This document shows, one piece after another, positions 1-21,360 of a DNA stretch of 64,000 nt. The stretch covers positions 33,542,001-33,606,000 of the forward strand of contig NC_090351.1 in NCBI RefSeq assembly GCF_035084215.1, in the 5' to 3' direction. This DNA comes from Heptranchias perlo (Eukaryota). Position numbers and translations under genes: made by a program. The notes under the pieces are model-generated. The model was not told where the DNA came from. It searched no databases and saw only the letters and a list, made by a program, of their open reading frames with translations. Position 1 is the stretch's first letter, and each line of letters opens with the position of its first letter.

Positions 1-1
1 G

Positions 2-8402
<8,401 letters not shown>

Positions 8403-11280
8403 ATGGACCAGAACCAAAATGATTGAAAGAAGGACCAAGTTGTCTGAAACCTCATGAGAAGAATGTATAGTAGGAGCCAGCCTAGTGGTTTGAATGCTCA
8501 CTAAATGTATTTGAAGAGCATTTCTGCACTCCTAGGCATATTATTTCTTTAACAGCCTGGTCTTTTGCGTGTATTTTCTTTTCTGCACTCTTCTAATTAT
8601 AAATGAGTGTTTTGATTTCTAATTTACTGCCGAGAGGTGTAACTGTCACATTATATTGTGACCGCACAGTCTCCATGAAATCACTTGAGCCTGTATATGA
8701 TTGATGTGCAAACAAATAGTACTGTAATAATTTAAAAAATTATCTTTTTTTGTTTGCTTTGTTTTCCTGTTTGTTTTAGTCCAAGACCTGAGCTTTAAGC
8801 TCAGTTCAAACTGTTCCAAAGGATTCTCTTGTTTTTACTATATGTTTTTTTTTTAATCTGTTCTTGGTGGCAATCGAAGCCTGTTTGGTAATTGCCAGTA
8901 CAGTTGTAAGATACTCATGTCTTTTCAGGAGCCAGTGCTGACTGTAATAAATGATGAGTATCAACTTTTAAACAAATCCGATTCAGTACTAAAGCAGCTG
9001 TGAATATCACTGTGTAGCCAAAAAAAATGTGAATGGTTTTGTTTATGCAGAATTTCAGTTCACGTCTCTTTTCATGCAATGCTAGCCTTACTTGTGCGCT
9101 TTAATATATTGACACCACTAGATGTTACACTTCAGGACACGAATCATTACGAATCAAGCAAAGAAAATTAGAAGCTTACGTCTGTCGGTTCAACAGGGAA
9201 AATAATTTTAAGGTGTCAGTATTCTAATTCTAGTCGGTTACATTTTGACAGAATCATATTGGAACAAGTTTTGTCATAAGATTGTGCCAAATGGAGTTTG
9301 TGGTGACGAGCACTAATCTGGTTGAGTCTTGATGGCTTCATATTCCACAGACACTTGCTGTATACAAACACACAAAACATTTCAGCGATTATGTACTGTT
9401 TGTGACAGGGCTTTTTTTTTGTCAATGCATTTTCTGGACCATGAACAAGCACTGGATTCTACTGGTGACCTCTATTAATACCATGGGTTTTATGCCAATG
9501 AGCCTCTAAGGTTGTATACCCAACAGTGGGACCAGAAAATACTTTCACTCCAGTTACATGAAAAAGATATATTTTAAAAAAATAATAAAGAATTTAAAAA
9601 TCATTGTAGAAACATGAAGGATTTTTCAATCAAAGAATTGCTTCTGTGTTGTCTTATGTCAATTGATCTGGGTGAGAATGACTCCAATTTGTTAATTTCT
9701 GATGTGCAATGCAGCATCCTGATACAGATGCATGTGAGAAAGTTTAGAACTGTGAATGGTTAAGTCTGTTTCCTGTAACTGTTTGTTCATTTGATTAAAG
9801 TTAGATTATTAAATAAGAAAGGAGGGGAAAGGTCTCCCTTGCAATATTTTTAGGACTGCTACTGTCTCAACTTGCAGCAATATGTGCAAAACCAACTTAC
9901 TATATTTGATTTGTGATGCAGATTTCCTAAAGACATTGATCTTGTTCCCTTTTCTGAATACGTTTGAATAATATTTCATGTCTTTTCTGATCCTTACTGG
10001 CCCAAGTTTTCCTAAACGTGACTCTGTTTCCCCCCCCATTCTGTTTGCTGTAATGAATCTGTTGCTTATGTATTGTGTTTTCCTGGATTCCCCTCCAACT
10101 TTGTGCACACATATAGTTTATGTAGACACCACCACAAAAATAGATGGGTTGGTAATGCTGTTCTGAAATGGCACCAAAGCTAATTGCTATATGAGGAATC
10201 TTGAGTATGGAATGGATTGGTCCCTTTAAACAGTAGGATATTGACCTCCCATCTATCCTTGTTGGGGAGGGAGTTGCCAGATCTTGCAGAACACTTTTTG
10301 GGAGCTCCATCCCAGGAGGGTAGGGAAATACCAGGACCTGTCTTACTTACCAGAAATGCATAATCTTACCGCCAGTAATGGGAGATTAGTTGTGGAGAAG
10401 TCTGATGCACATTGTCCTGGAAACTAAAGTGACAAAAAGTGTGGACATTAGTGGACCAGTCTTTTAAATTAGGAACCTTGACTACAATAATCAGTGAGCT
10501 GAGAGATGCACTTTAGCTTCAACTTCCATTAATTTAACAGACTTAACCATTTTTTCCCTCCATCATACGTGCTATGTTTGCTGGACTATATAATGTGTCC
10601 ATTGCAGCCTCCGTATCACTGCCAACTTCAAGTAAATAATTCCCAAAATATCATCTTAAAAGCTGGCAATTAAACTTCTGCTCAATGAATATTATGGTCA
10701 AACATTTGATAAATGCTAATACAGTAATGCTGTGAGACTGTAAAAATTCCAGTCAATATGTTCAATCTTAATATATAAGTAGTCCTGCTTTGGCCATAAA
10801 ATCTTATTTTTCAAAATGTTACGATATCTCCCGGAGATAAAAAAAAGAGGAGGAAGAGAGAAAAAATTGGTAAGTAGAACAGTCCATTTCAACTTCATGC
10901 CAAAAGGTGCCACCACTTCTAGCCCTGGAAATGGAAGTTCTAGTAGATTAGATGCCTTTTAAATAGGAGCATCCCTTGGCGGTCCAAAGCATTTTTTAAT
11001 AATCAGGCAGTTCCCTTAAATGATTGTTACCAATAATGGGAATTAGCTGTATTTACATTTGCAGTGTTGCTGGTGAAAATAAGCCTGAATAGCTGCTGTT
11101 TATTCTGTAATAATGTAGAATTTATGTATTATCTACGCTTAATAAATGTGGAAATTCATGTTTTAATTTCACAATCTTAAAGGGACCTCAAATTATGGAA
11201 TTTGTGTTTGAAAGCAGGCACACTAAACAACATTGAATTATCTTCCTGCCTTTTTAAACACCCCAAACATTAATCCACAA

Positions 11281-11530
11281 TAAAAACAGAAAATTCTGGA
11301 AACACTTAATGGGTCAGGTAGCATCTGTGGAGAAAGAAACAGAGTTAACGTTTCAGGGCGATGACCTTTCATCAGGGAAAAAGGAGGGCAGCATGGAAAA
11401 GAACAAAAGAGAGAGGTCTGTGATAGGATGGAGGGCAGGAGTGATTAAATAACAAAAGTGCCGAACGGTGAAAGGTAAAATGAGGTGATAAGGAGACAAG
11501 TATAGAAACATAAAATGGGTCCAGAGGGGG
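11281..11530 (-). mobile_element. PLE-derived short repeat with a degenerate hammerhead core
   Basis: Minus strand CTGATGA-aaggtcatcgccct-GAAACGTT-aactctgtttctttctccacagatgct; stem I is mismatched. Confidence 0.6.
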
Positions 11531-11555
11531 TGTAAATGGTTGCAGCAGAATAGCA

Positions 11556-11678
11556 CACGGACTGCAGCGGTTCAAGGCGGCAGCTCACTACCACCTTCTC
11601 GGGCAATTAGGGATGATTAGCTATAAATGCTGGCCTCGCCAGAGATGCCCACATCCCATGAACGAATTTTTAAAAAAA
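11556..11678 (+). mobile_element. 3' tail of the LINE family found at 53791-57044
   Basis: cacggactgcagcggttcaaggcggcagctcac...gatgcccacatcccatgaacgaat plus A-tract; matches the reverse complement of 53791-53910. Confidence 0.8.
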
Positions 11679-14600
11679 GCAGGGGAGGAGGGAAGCATGG
11701 ATAATCTGGCAACGGCGGGTAGGCTACCATGACCCAGCAGTGTGGCAGAAGAAAGGCAGGTAGACCCCAGGGATGCGGACCACCCTGCCGGTTGTGTATC
11801 GTGGTGCACGGAGACAGACAATGAGGTGTTCTCATTGAATGTTCTATCATGCATCAAACCTTGCACAAAAATCAATCCCTGCTAATAAAAGGTTATGAAT
11901 TGTTGCTACAGTGAGAGTCTGAACAGCACGATTGTTAGAAGAGACTATCCTAATTATACAACAGAAAAAGAAACACAAAAGACGCACTAATTATATCCGC
12001 CCATACACTCCAGCCAATGGACAGAAACACAATTTTTTTTGTAATTTATTTTGAAGGGCCGTAGAAAGGGTACCAGCTGGCAGCTACAGTACTATTAAAA
12101 TTTTCTTTCGAGATAATCAGTACTTTTCTTGGTACATCTGTGATGGGTGGTTATTTTTATTAACATTTCTTTATGCTTTGTCTCGCTAAGAATAGGGTTT
12201 TGTTTTCTTATATTGACTTTTTTTCCCCCTACTTCATCTTAATTATTGGGTGTACAACTTACAAAAATTGTACCTGATTTGCTTATGATATCTATTTCTA
12301 CTCGGGATAAGGTTTTTGAATTCTTTAAATATACCCAGTAATTATCCCAATAGAAAACAAAGATACAGTAATCCAGAGAAGATATCTGCTATTGCAACAA
12401 ACTTTACAGCTGAAGTATTGAATTGTGTCATGCTAGGAACAGATAATTCTTATACAGTTTGGCACAGCTGAGAGACACAGGTTAATGAAGCATGAGCCAG
12501 GGACAGGAAAAAGATGTATTTTTATATTTTTTGTTCTTCTGTGTCCCCTGTACTGACTTAAAGGAAAGATAACTCTTCTGGTATTTACAAACCACTATGG
12601 TTTTTTCCTATGTAGTCCTATAAAGATCCATCTCTGCAGTAGCATGAGGTGTCAATGCATTAAAGAGACATCAAGCAGGACAATCTTCTACAGCAGGTAC
12701 AATTGGTGGCATGGGTATCCACGTTTGTGGTGTTTTAAGTGACCAGTTAACTGGGGTAAAAGTTTTGTGTGGGGTTTTTGCTTTACAGCCTTTGCTGGCA
12801 ATATTTGGTGTAAACCTGGAAAATCTTTTCATCCCTCTTCTCCCCCCCGCCCCCCTACCTCATACCTTGCTAGCCTGCTAAAACTAAGTTCTGCTCAAGT
12901 AAACAGTGATGACTACTCAATGGAGCGGACACTTTCTAGGGTAGCCCTCCTTTACATGAATCCAGTGGATTTTCTCCACTCACAGACACTCAGAATGGCT
13001 GTGTATAGAGCTTTATGAACTAGCCCTGTGACCAGCTATAATTGTTTTAAAAAAAAATCTCTAACTTTCAAAATTAAGAGTAGGAAGGAGTTCCATGTGT
13101 GAGTATATATTTGCTGTGGCACGTACCAGGTAATGGAACGCACCAGGTAATGGTATGCACTAGGCAGGTCACTCTTCTAGAAGCATGTTTTTCATAGGAA
13201 TACCAATTCTGACCACAAGCAGCTAAAGAACAATACACTCCTCACACTTGGAGTTCTAGTGAAAATCCAGATTAAATATTCATGGAAGGGAGACAGGGGT
13301 GGGGATATGGTTCTGAGGAAGCTGAGTTAGTTTTGGTGCATCTGTTGTTATTGGCTCATGTCAAATCTTAATGGAGACCTATTAAAAACTTTTAGCAGAT
13401 ACAAAGTGGGGATAATGAAATCCATTGCCTTGTAGACCCTACAGCATTTTGATGATATTAGAAAGAACAAATACCTGCTTTGTTACACATTGGTTACAGC
13501 TACTTTTGTGGTCGCCACCGCTTAGATCACACATAGCAGTGGTTTTGTTCTTTTTATGAATTTTCTCTCCATAAGCTCCTGCTCAATGTTTTGATTTGGT
13601 CTCCTGGCTCTAATGCAAGTGGCTTTAAAAAAGAAAAAAAGTACAAACAATTAAGGCAAATCCCAGAAATAAACCAAATAACATTCACAACACAAAATCT
13701 CTCTGTTAATTGAATAATTATCACAATAACGAAAACACGAGAAACTTATCCTTTGAGCTTTAAACTGTAATGGATATATGATAAGTGGCCAACTGGCTCA
13801 CCACCTTATTGATAGCAGTCCATTATATGGGTTGATTTCATTTGTGATGAAAGCCTTGTGATTCATTACCTTATGTAATGCATGTGAATTACACACCCAT
13901 CTTAACTTGTGAAAGAAACCCATTAGTACCAGCACTAGTGCAGTATCCTGTTGGATAACTTCTGAAAACCTGCAGAATTGTAACTGTGAACTTGGTGACC
14001 AAAACTTCTCTGGAAGTTTGGATTATTTATATTGTATATGTTGTATTTTGGATGAATATAAAATATGACCACTGAAGACAAAGGAAGTTGGGGGAGGGGA
14101 AGGACACTGCCCTGGGTGGATTTTTTCATTTTGTGGTTTTCACAGCAGTTTGAGACAGTAACTTACTGTCACTGTGGTAAGACCTGACCTCTGTCCAAAT
14201 GCAAAGTCAGTGTCATCATCTGAACTGGATATTGGGCTTAAAGAGAGTTTAAAATAGCCAGTGCAGTTTCTTAATTTGGTAAAACTCATGGTTTTCAGCC
14301 TGGTTTCTCAAAGGATTTTTTTGGGATCAGACAATGGCTTGAAAAAAACAAAAGGTTACTGGGCAAACTAGCAGTGTGGAGTCTTACTGAATTTCAGCTA
14401 ATTGAGAAAAACTTGATATATTCAAAGTAGGAAACACTTATTGCTCTACATATTATTTGATAATTTTCTATTGCATACGACCTTTTTAATTGCTGTACTA
14501 TGGAGAGTAGTAGATGAAAAATGTAATTAACCTTAATAAAGGTCTCCTAAACAACCATCATGTTTCATACGCACTTGACTTTTCCATTCTTTTCCATCCC

Positions 14601-15927
14601 CTCCCCCATCCAAAAGTTTAATTGTGTTTTTCTTTTGTTCTATATTATTGTCTTGCCTTGTTTCGGTGCTCTGAGACTGAGGGCCATCCTTTAATCACAA
14701 TGGAAGGATAATAATTGTTAAACTCTGATCATAGTGCTGTTTCTAGATAACCTAACCCAAAATCTTTAATGGTGACAGCAGATTTTGATTGTGCCTTTAT
14801 TAACCATGACGATCAGATGAATTGTTGTTTCAATGTATCTTATGGCACTATTAGATTTCCTGTTACTCTGAGATCTGGAGTGTCGTGTCTCATGTTTACT
14901 GCTGCCACACTGCAACATAAATGTGTTGGTTTTTGCCCATTTCTGTAGCAGCAACTTCATGAAAGCAATATATCTCATGATTGACACCAGGTTTAAAAAA
15001 AAGTTACATACCTATTCTGAAAACCACATGTCTAACATATTTGTAATACTATTTACCTACAGAAGCAATAGTAATTCACTTCAGGTAACTCACTGGTCAT
15101 AAAGTGCTTTGGGGTATTTTGAGAGACCTAAGGCACTATCTAAATGCAAATTTACTGTTCTAAACATTTTACTAAATTTGCTTAAGAAGCAAGTAATTGT
15201 GTTCTTTCCTCTCTAAAACATCTTACCATCAGCTGTTTACACTTAAAATCATTTTGAGGAGAGAAGAATAAATAAAAACTGCAAATTCCCCCTGAAAGAG
15301 TAAAAATATTTTATCAGTTATTTACATGAATGTAAAAGATTTATTCTTCCCTGCACAGTGGATTTGTAGTCCAATATTGAAGTTATCAGCTGTACTCCAT
15401 CCTTGAGCCAAATGAGTACAAAGCAAACTTATTCGCAAGCCTTTACCTGTGCCAATTTTGACCTCAGTCACTAGGACTCATACGAGTGTTCCCCCTCGTA
15501 CTTCACCACCCCCCCCCCCCCCCCCCCATTCTTTTTCCCTGTAGGGAAAGTTTGCTATCTTCTGAAAGCATAGTGCTGTGGGAAATCATAGGTGTGAACC
15601 AATGTCCTGCTGCTCGGTGACAAATGTCACGTAACTCTGAATATTGAGTCACTATCCTGTTTGTGTATCCGAGCTGGTGCACCAACAGGAAGGAGTGAAA
15701 TGGCCATGAGCTGTGTGGTTCCACTTTAGATGGCATTTTTTCTAATCGTAGTGAGATCATTTTAAACCAAACACTTGCATAATTATAAAACAAACAGCAT
15801 GAAAAATGAAGAGTGCTCCTCAGACTACAAAGCAATGGTGAAAAGTGAACTAGAAACCACCACAGTAAATAGATAATTGTAAACAATTTTACAACACCAA
15901 GTTATAGTCCAGCAATTTTATTTTAAA

Positions 15928-15966
15928 TTCACAAGCTTTCGGAGGCTTCCCCCTTCGTCAGGTGAA
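15928..15966 (-). ncRNA. Minimal type I hammerhead ribozyme (PLE pLTR)
   Basis: ttcac-CTGACGA-a-GGGGG aag CCTCC-GAAA-gc-TT-gtgaa. Confidence 0.8.
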
Positions 15967-16281
15967 CGATGTGAAATGAAATCCTCGAAATGAAATCGCA
16001 TTTATAATTCACAGAACAATGCTTGGTGAGATACAGACAGTTTTTTCAACTGCCCGTTGCCAAGGCAATCAGTGTGCAGACAGACAGGTGTTACCTGCCA
16101 GGTCTCACAGAATATACAAATCACCAAAAAAAAAACAACAAACAAAAAAAAACAGAGATTGAGAGGTAGAAACATAGAAAAGACAGCAACTGACCCGTTA
16201 TATTAAAAACAGATAACATTTGTTCGCTGGTGGGGTAACGTGTAGCGTGACATGAACCCAAGATCCCGGTTGAGGCCGTCC

Positions 16282-17718
16282 TCATGGGTGCGGAACTTGG
16301 CTATCAATTTCTGCTCGACGATTTTGCGTTGTCGTGTGTCTCGAAGGCCGCCTTGGAGAACGCTTACCCGAAGGTCGGTGGATGAATGTCCATGACTGCT
16401 GAAGTGTTCCCCGACTGGGAGGGGAACCCTCCTGTTTGGCGATTGTTGCGCGGTGTCCGTTCATCCGTTGTCGCAGCGTCTGCATGGTCTCGCCAATGTA
16501 CCATGCTCTGGGGCATCCTTTCCTGCAACGTATGAGGTAGACAACGTTGGCCGAGTCACAGGAGTATGAACCGTGCACCTGGTGGGTGGTGTCCTCTCGT
16601 GTGATGGTGGTATCTGTGTCGATGATCTGGCATGTCTTGCAGAGGTTACCATGGCAGGGTTGTGTGGTGTCGTGGACGCTGTTCTCTTGAAAGCTAGGTA
16701 ATTTGCTGCGAACGATGGTCTGTTTGAGGTTGGGTGGCTGTTTAAAGGCGAGTAGTGGAGGTGTGGGGATGGCCATAGCGAGGTGTTTGTCCTCATTGAT
16801 GACATGTTGAAGGCTGCGGAGAACATGGCGTAGTTTCTCCGCTCCGGGGAAGTACTGGACGACAAAGGGTACTCTGTTGGTTGCGTCCCGTGTTAGTCTC
16901 CTGAGGAGGTCTATGCGATTTTTTGCTGTGGCCCGTCGGAACTGTCGATCGATGAGTCGAGCGTCATATCCCGTTCTTACCAGGGCGTCTTTCAGCATCT
17001 GTAGGTGTCCATCGCGCTCCTCCTCGTCTGAGCAGACCCTGTGTATTCGCAGGGCCTGTCCATAGGGGATGGCCTCTTTGACGTGGTTAGGGTGGAAGCT
17101 GGAAAAGTGGAGCATCGTGAGGTTGTCCGTGGGCTTGCGGTAGAGTGAGGTGCTGAGGTGCCCGTCTTTGATGGAGATTCGTGTGTCCAAGAAAGAAACT
17201 GATTCTGAGGAGTAGTCCATGGTGAGCTTGATGGTGGGATGGAACTTGTTGATGTTATCGTGTAGTCTCTTTAGTGATTCCTTGCCGTGGGTCCATAGAA
17301 AGAAAATGTCGTCGATGTATCTGGTGTATAGTGTTGGTTGGAGGTCTTGTGCAGTGAAGAAGTCCTGCTCGAACTTGTGCATGAAAATGTTGGCGTATTG
17401 GGGTGCGAATTTGGTCCCCATGGCTGTTCCGTGTGTTTGGGTAAAGAACTGGTTATCGAAGGTGAAGACATTGTGATCCAGGATGAAACGGATGAGTTGT
17501 AGGATGGCGTCTGGAGATTGGCTGTTGTTGGTGTTGAGTATTGATGCTGTCGCAGCGATGCCGTCATCGTGGGGGATACTGGTGTAGAGTGCCGAGACGT
17601 CCATCGTGGTGAGAAGTGTTCCTGGTTCAACTGGTCCGTGGGTACTGAGTTTTTGTAGGAAGTCTGTCGTGTCGCGACAGAAATGTAGGAAGTCTGTAGT
17701 GTCGCGACACACCTCCAC
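16282..17718 (-). pseudogene. PLE RT/GIY-YIG ORF, 5'-truncated, with a +1 frameshift near 16421
   Basis: Ends QEGSPPSRG..., whereas sister arms read QEGSLPVGEHF...GLNRD; extra G in gggaggggaacc. Confidence 0.85.
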
Positions 17719-18502
17719 TACTCGCCTTTAAACAGCCACCCAACCTCAAACAGACCATCGTTCGCAGCAAATTACCTAGCTTTCAAGAGAACAGCGACCA
17801 CGACACCACACAACCCTGCCACGGTAACCTCTGCAAGACATGCCAGATCATCGACACAGATACCACCATCACACGAGAGGACACTACCCACCAGGTGCAT
17901 GGTTCATACTCCTGTGACTCGGCCAACGTTGTCTACCTCATACGTTGCAGGAAAGGATGCCCCAGAGCATGGTACATTGGCGAGACCATGCAGACGCTGC
18001 GACAACGGATGAACGGACACCGCGCAACAATCGCCAAACAGGAGGGTTCCCTCCCAGTCGGGGAACACTTCAGCAGTCATGGACATTCATCCACCGACCT
18101 TCGGGTAAGCGTTCTCCAAGGCGGCCTTCGAGACACACGACAACGCAAAATCGTCGAGCAGAAATTGATAGCCAAGTTCCGCACCCATGAGGACGGCCTC
18201 AACCGGGATCTTGGGTTCATGTCACGCTACACGTTACCCCACCAGCGAACAAATGTTATCTGTTTTTAATATAACGGGTCAGTTGCTGTCTTTTCTATGT
18301 TTCTACCTCTCTATCTCTGTTTTTTTTTGTTTGTTGTTTTTTTTGGTGATTTGTATATTCTGTGAGACCTGGCAGGTAACACCTGTCTGTCTGCACACTG
18401 ATTGCCTTGGCAACGGGCAGTTGAAAAAACTGTCTGTACTCACCAAGCATTGTTCTGTGAATTATAAATGCGATTTCATTTCGAGGATTTCATTTCACAT
18501 CG

Positions 18503-18541
18503 TTCACCTGACGAAGGGGGAAGCCTCCGAAAGCTTGTGAA
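18503..18541 (+). ncRNA. Minimal type I hammerhead ribozyme (PLE pLTR)
   Basis: ttcac-CTGACGA-a-GGGGG aag CCTCC-GAAA-gc-TT-gtgaa; palindromic AGCT stem III. Confidence 0.8.
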
Positions 18542-18847
18542 TTTAAAATAAAATTGCTGGACTATAACTTGGTGTTGTAAAATTGTTTACAATTGTCAAC
18601 CCCAGTCCATCACCGGCATCTCCACATCATGACATAGTAAATAGATAGAGAGAGTCCTGATCTAATTTCATGAGAAGAAAATGTAAATGATGCTCCATCC
18701 ATTCCCATTTCTCTCCTTGCCAAGTTCAGAAGACCCAACGTTCTTTGAGTTTCTGAACAGCTGTAAGTAGTAGAGCAGCATAATTCAATGAGGTCCTACT
18801 ACAGATGGAGTGTACTTGTGGTTCATTTCTCAACTAATATAGACTAT

Positions 18848-19838
18848 GGTAGTCATGATGTGGAGATCCGGTGATGGACTGGGGTTGACAATTGTAAACA
18901 ATTTTACAACACCAAGTTATAGTCCAGCAATTTTATTTTAAATTCACAAGCTTTCGGAGGCTACCTCCTTCGTCAGGTGAACGATGTGAAAATGAAATCC
19001 TCGAGATGAAATCGCATTTATAATTCACAGAACAATGCTTGGTGAGTACAGACAGTTTTTTCAACTGCCCGTTGCCAAGGCAATCAGTGTGCAGACAGAC
19101 AGGTGTTACCTGCCAGGTCTCACAGAATATACAAATCACCAAAAAAAAAAGCAACTGACCCGTTATATTAAAAACAGATAACATTTGTTCGCTGGTGGGG
19201 TAACGTGTAGCGTGACATGAACCCAAGATCCCGGTTGAGGCCGTCCTCATGGGTGCGGAACTTGGCTATCAATTTCTGCTCGACGATTTTGCGTTGTCGT
19301 GTGTCTCGAAGGCCGCCTTGGAGTACGCTTACCCGAAGGTCGGTGGATGAATGTCCATGACTGCTGAAGTGTTCCCCGACTGGGAGGGAACCTTCCTGTT
19401 TGGCGATTGTTGCGCGGTGTCCGTTCATCCGTTGTCGCAGCGTCTGCATGGTCTCGCCAATGTACCATGCTCTGGGGCATCCTTTCCTGCAACGTATGAG
19501 GTAGACAACGTTGGCCGAGTCACAGGAGTATGAACCGTGCACCTGGTGGGTGGTGTCCTCTCGTGTGATGGTGGTATCTGTGTCGATGATCTGGCATGTC
19601 TTGCAGAGGTTACCATGGCAGGGTTGTGTGGTGTCGTGGACGCTGTTCTCTTGAAAGCTAGGTAATTTGCTGCGAACGATGGTCTGTTTGAGGTTGGGTG
19701 GCTGTTTCAAGGCGAGTAGTGGAGGTGTGGGGATGGCCATAGCGAGGTGTTTGTCCTCATTGATGACATGTCCTCATTGTCCTCATTGATGACAGCCTTC
19801 AACATGTCATAACTTGGTGTTGTAAAATTGTTTACAAT
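18848..19838 (-). mobile_element. Second PLE insertion (GIY-YIG plus 3' end) with a short inverted terminal piece
   Basis: ORF 19168..19740(-) is an intact EN domain; inverted ataacttggtgttgtaaaattgtttacaat at 19809-19838; TSD aatatagactat at 18836-18847 and 19836-19847. Confidence 0.92.
18943..18981 (-). ncRNA. Minimal hammerhead ribozyme (PLE pLTR)
   Basis: ttcac-CTGACGA-a-GGAGG tag CCTCC-GAAA-gc-TT-gtgaa. Confidence 0.8.
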
Positions 19839-21360
19839 ATAGACTATCACCTGGCTATCTTCAGCCAGTTCCTCTATCACGGAAGGAAGGCTTAGTCGGC
19901 ACTGGAAAGATTCCCAAGGGCCTTGAATATGACTTGATAAACCACTTTGACAATCTTCTTCGAGAAACTTCTCAGTCTAGGACGTACATAGTCTAGTTCA
20001 ATAAAATGCATAAATATAAGTGAGAACAAAATAGTGCAAAAAACAGTTTATTTCAAAATATTTATACAAGGCATAATATATCAACATAATATTCAACACA
20101 AGATAATTTTCATGACCAAAACTAAAGATTTAATATATTTTGCATGCAGTTATATTTTATTAATGAATGAAATTTGGATATCTGATGGACATAAGCTAAG
20201 TAGAAGTTGTCCGGTCCATTGAATCTGATCCCACCACTACCCTAACCTTCCCAAATTACCTGATTTTTTTTCTTTATTTTGGTGCTTAACAGTTTGTTCC
20301 AAACGCTCCTTTGAGTGAAGAAGCTCATGATATCTGTTCCAAATGTACTTTTCATCAATTTAAATTTGCGTCTTTTGGCCCTACTCTCCTGATTTACTTT
20401 AAAGTAATATTTTTGGTTTAGCTTGCCTATACCATTTTAAAATGCCATTTAATTTTTTTTATACCTGGATGGAGTTCCCCCAACCCCATTAAATGCTTTT
20501 TTAAACTGGAGCTTCATTAAATAATTGTGTTGTTTTTAAAATATCTCAAAATATGATTGGAAAGAAGCATTCAACTAGAACACAAAAACATTACTTTCTC
20601 TGCAATTTTGATTTGTTTCACTGTGTTGTTGTCCCTTTTTCCCCTCTTCCCCCATTTCCTTAAGAAGTACTAAAACTCCACAGTCCTCAGGTGAGTTGAG
20701 ACATCTACTATCATCCCCTGTCCAATAACACAGATACAGTCCTTGAGCATTCAGCCTCTCCCTCCCAACCAAAATATCCAAATACAGGATAATTTGCAGG
20801 CCCCTGATGTGTTAAGGCTCTGGGGATTTCTACGGCCTACTAAAAGAATATTTCTCAGTACCTTTGCAAACCTCCTAAATTCAACAAAATCAGATCTTAT
20901 AAAATTCTGGACAGCTATCGCTCAAAATCAATCCAGTTCTAATTTTTCAACATGGTCAAGGTGACTCTTAATGACGGGAAAGTTTAACAATCTAAAGCAG
21001 AAGATGCTGGAGATACACAGGAGCCTAATCAGAGCTGAAGGACAAAGGCAAGTTGGTTAACATTTTGATGTAACTTTTGATCAAGTTCAAGGGTGAAAGG
21101 ACGTAATCAAAAGGAAGGTAGGTGAGGGAGATCAACGAAAAAAAAGTGGGCTTATTGGCCCTAATAGTCATTTCCTTTTCCTTGAAGTTCTTGTTTTGTT
21201 ACACTCAGCCTGCTCAAAAACTTAGGATTAAAATCAGATGGGGCGTGGGCAACCCTAATTTCCCCCCCAAACTGCAACCCCATTTCTCTCGCAGTCCTTT
21301 ACAATTCAGGGAGCTCTCCACATTCCTGTGGAAATTTCGTTTTGTCTCGCTGTTGCACAT

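Larger units (their letters stand above)
15876..18635 (-). mobile_element. Young Penelope-like element (RT + GIY-YIG, Neptune-like Cys linker), 5'-truncated, with an inverted second arm
   Basis: ORF 16282..17718(-) has RT motifs (MDVSALYTSIP, GTAMG, YIDD), a CHGNLCKTC linker and VVY...YIG endonuclease. Arm 15876-16765(-) is mirrored by 17708-18592(+) plus a 40-nt tail. TSD agtaaatagata at 15864-15875 and 18636-18647. Confidence 0.93.

Noticed and set aside
11680-11963. Possible second solo LTR ending tatacaaca with AATAAA
   Set aside because: No 5' TG boundary or TSD found.
13121-13164. 17-bp unit repeated about 2.5 times
   Set aside because: Short tandem duplication with no spacers; not CRISPR-like and no function evident.
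15506-15527. Poly-C run
   Set aside because: Simple homopolymer; its length is unreliable in assemblies.
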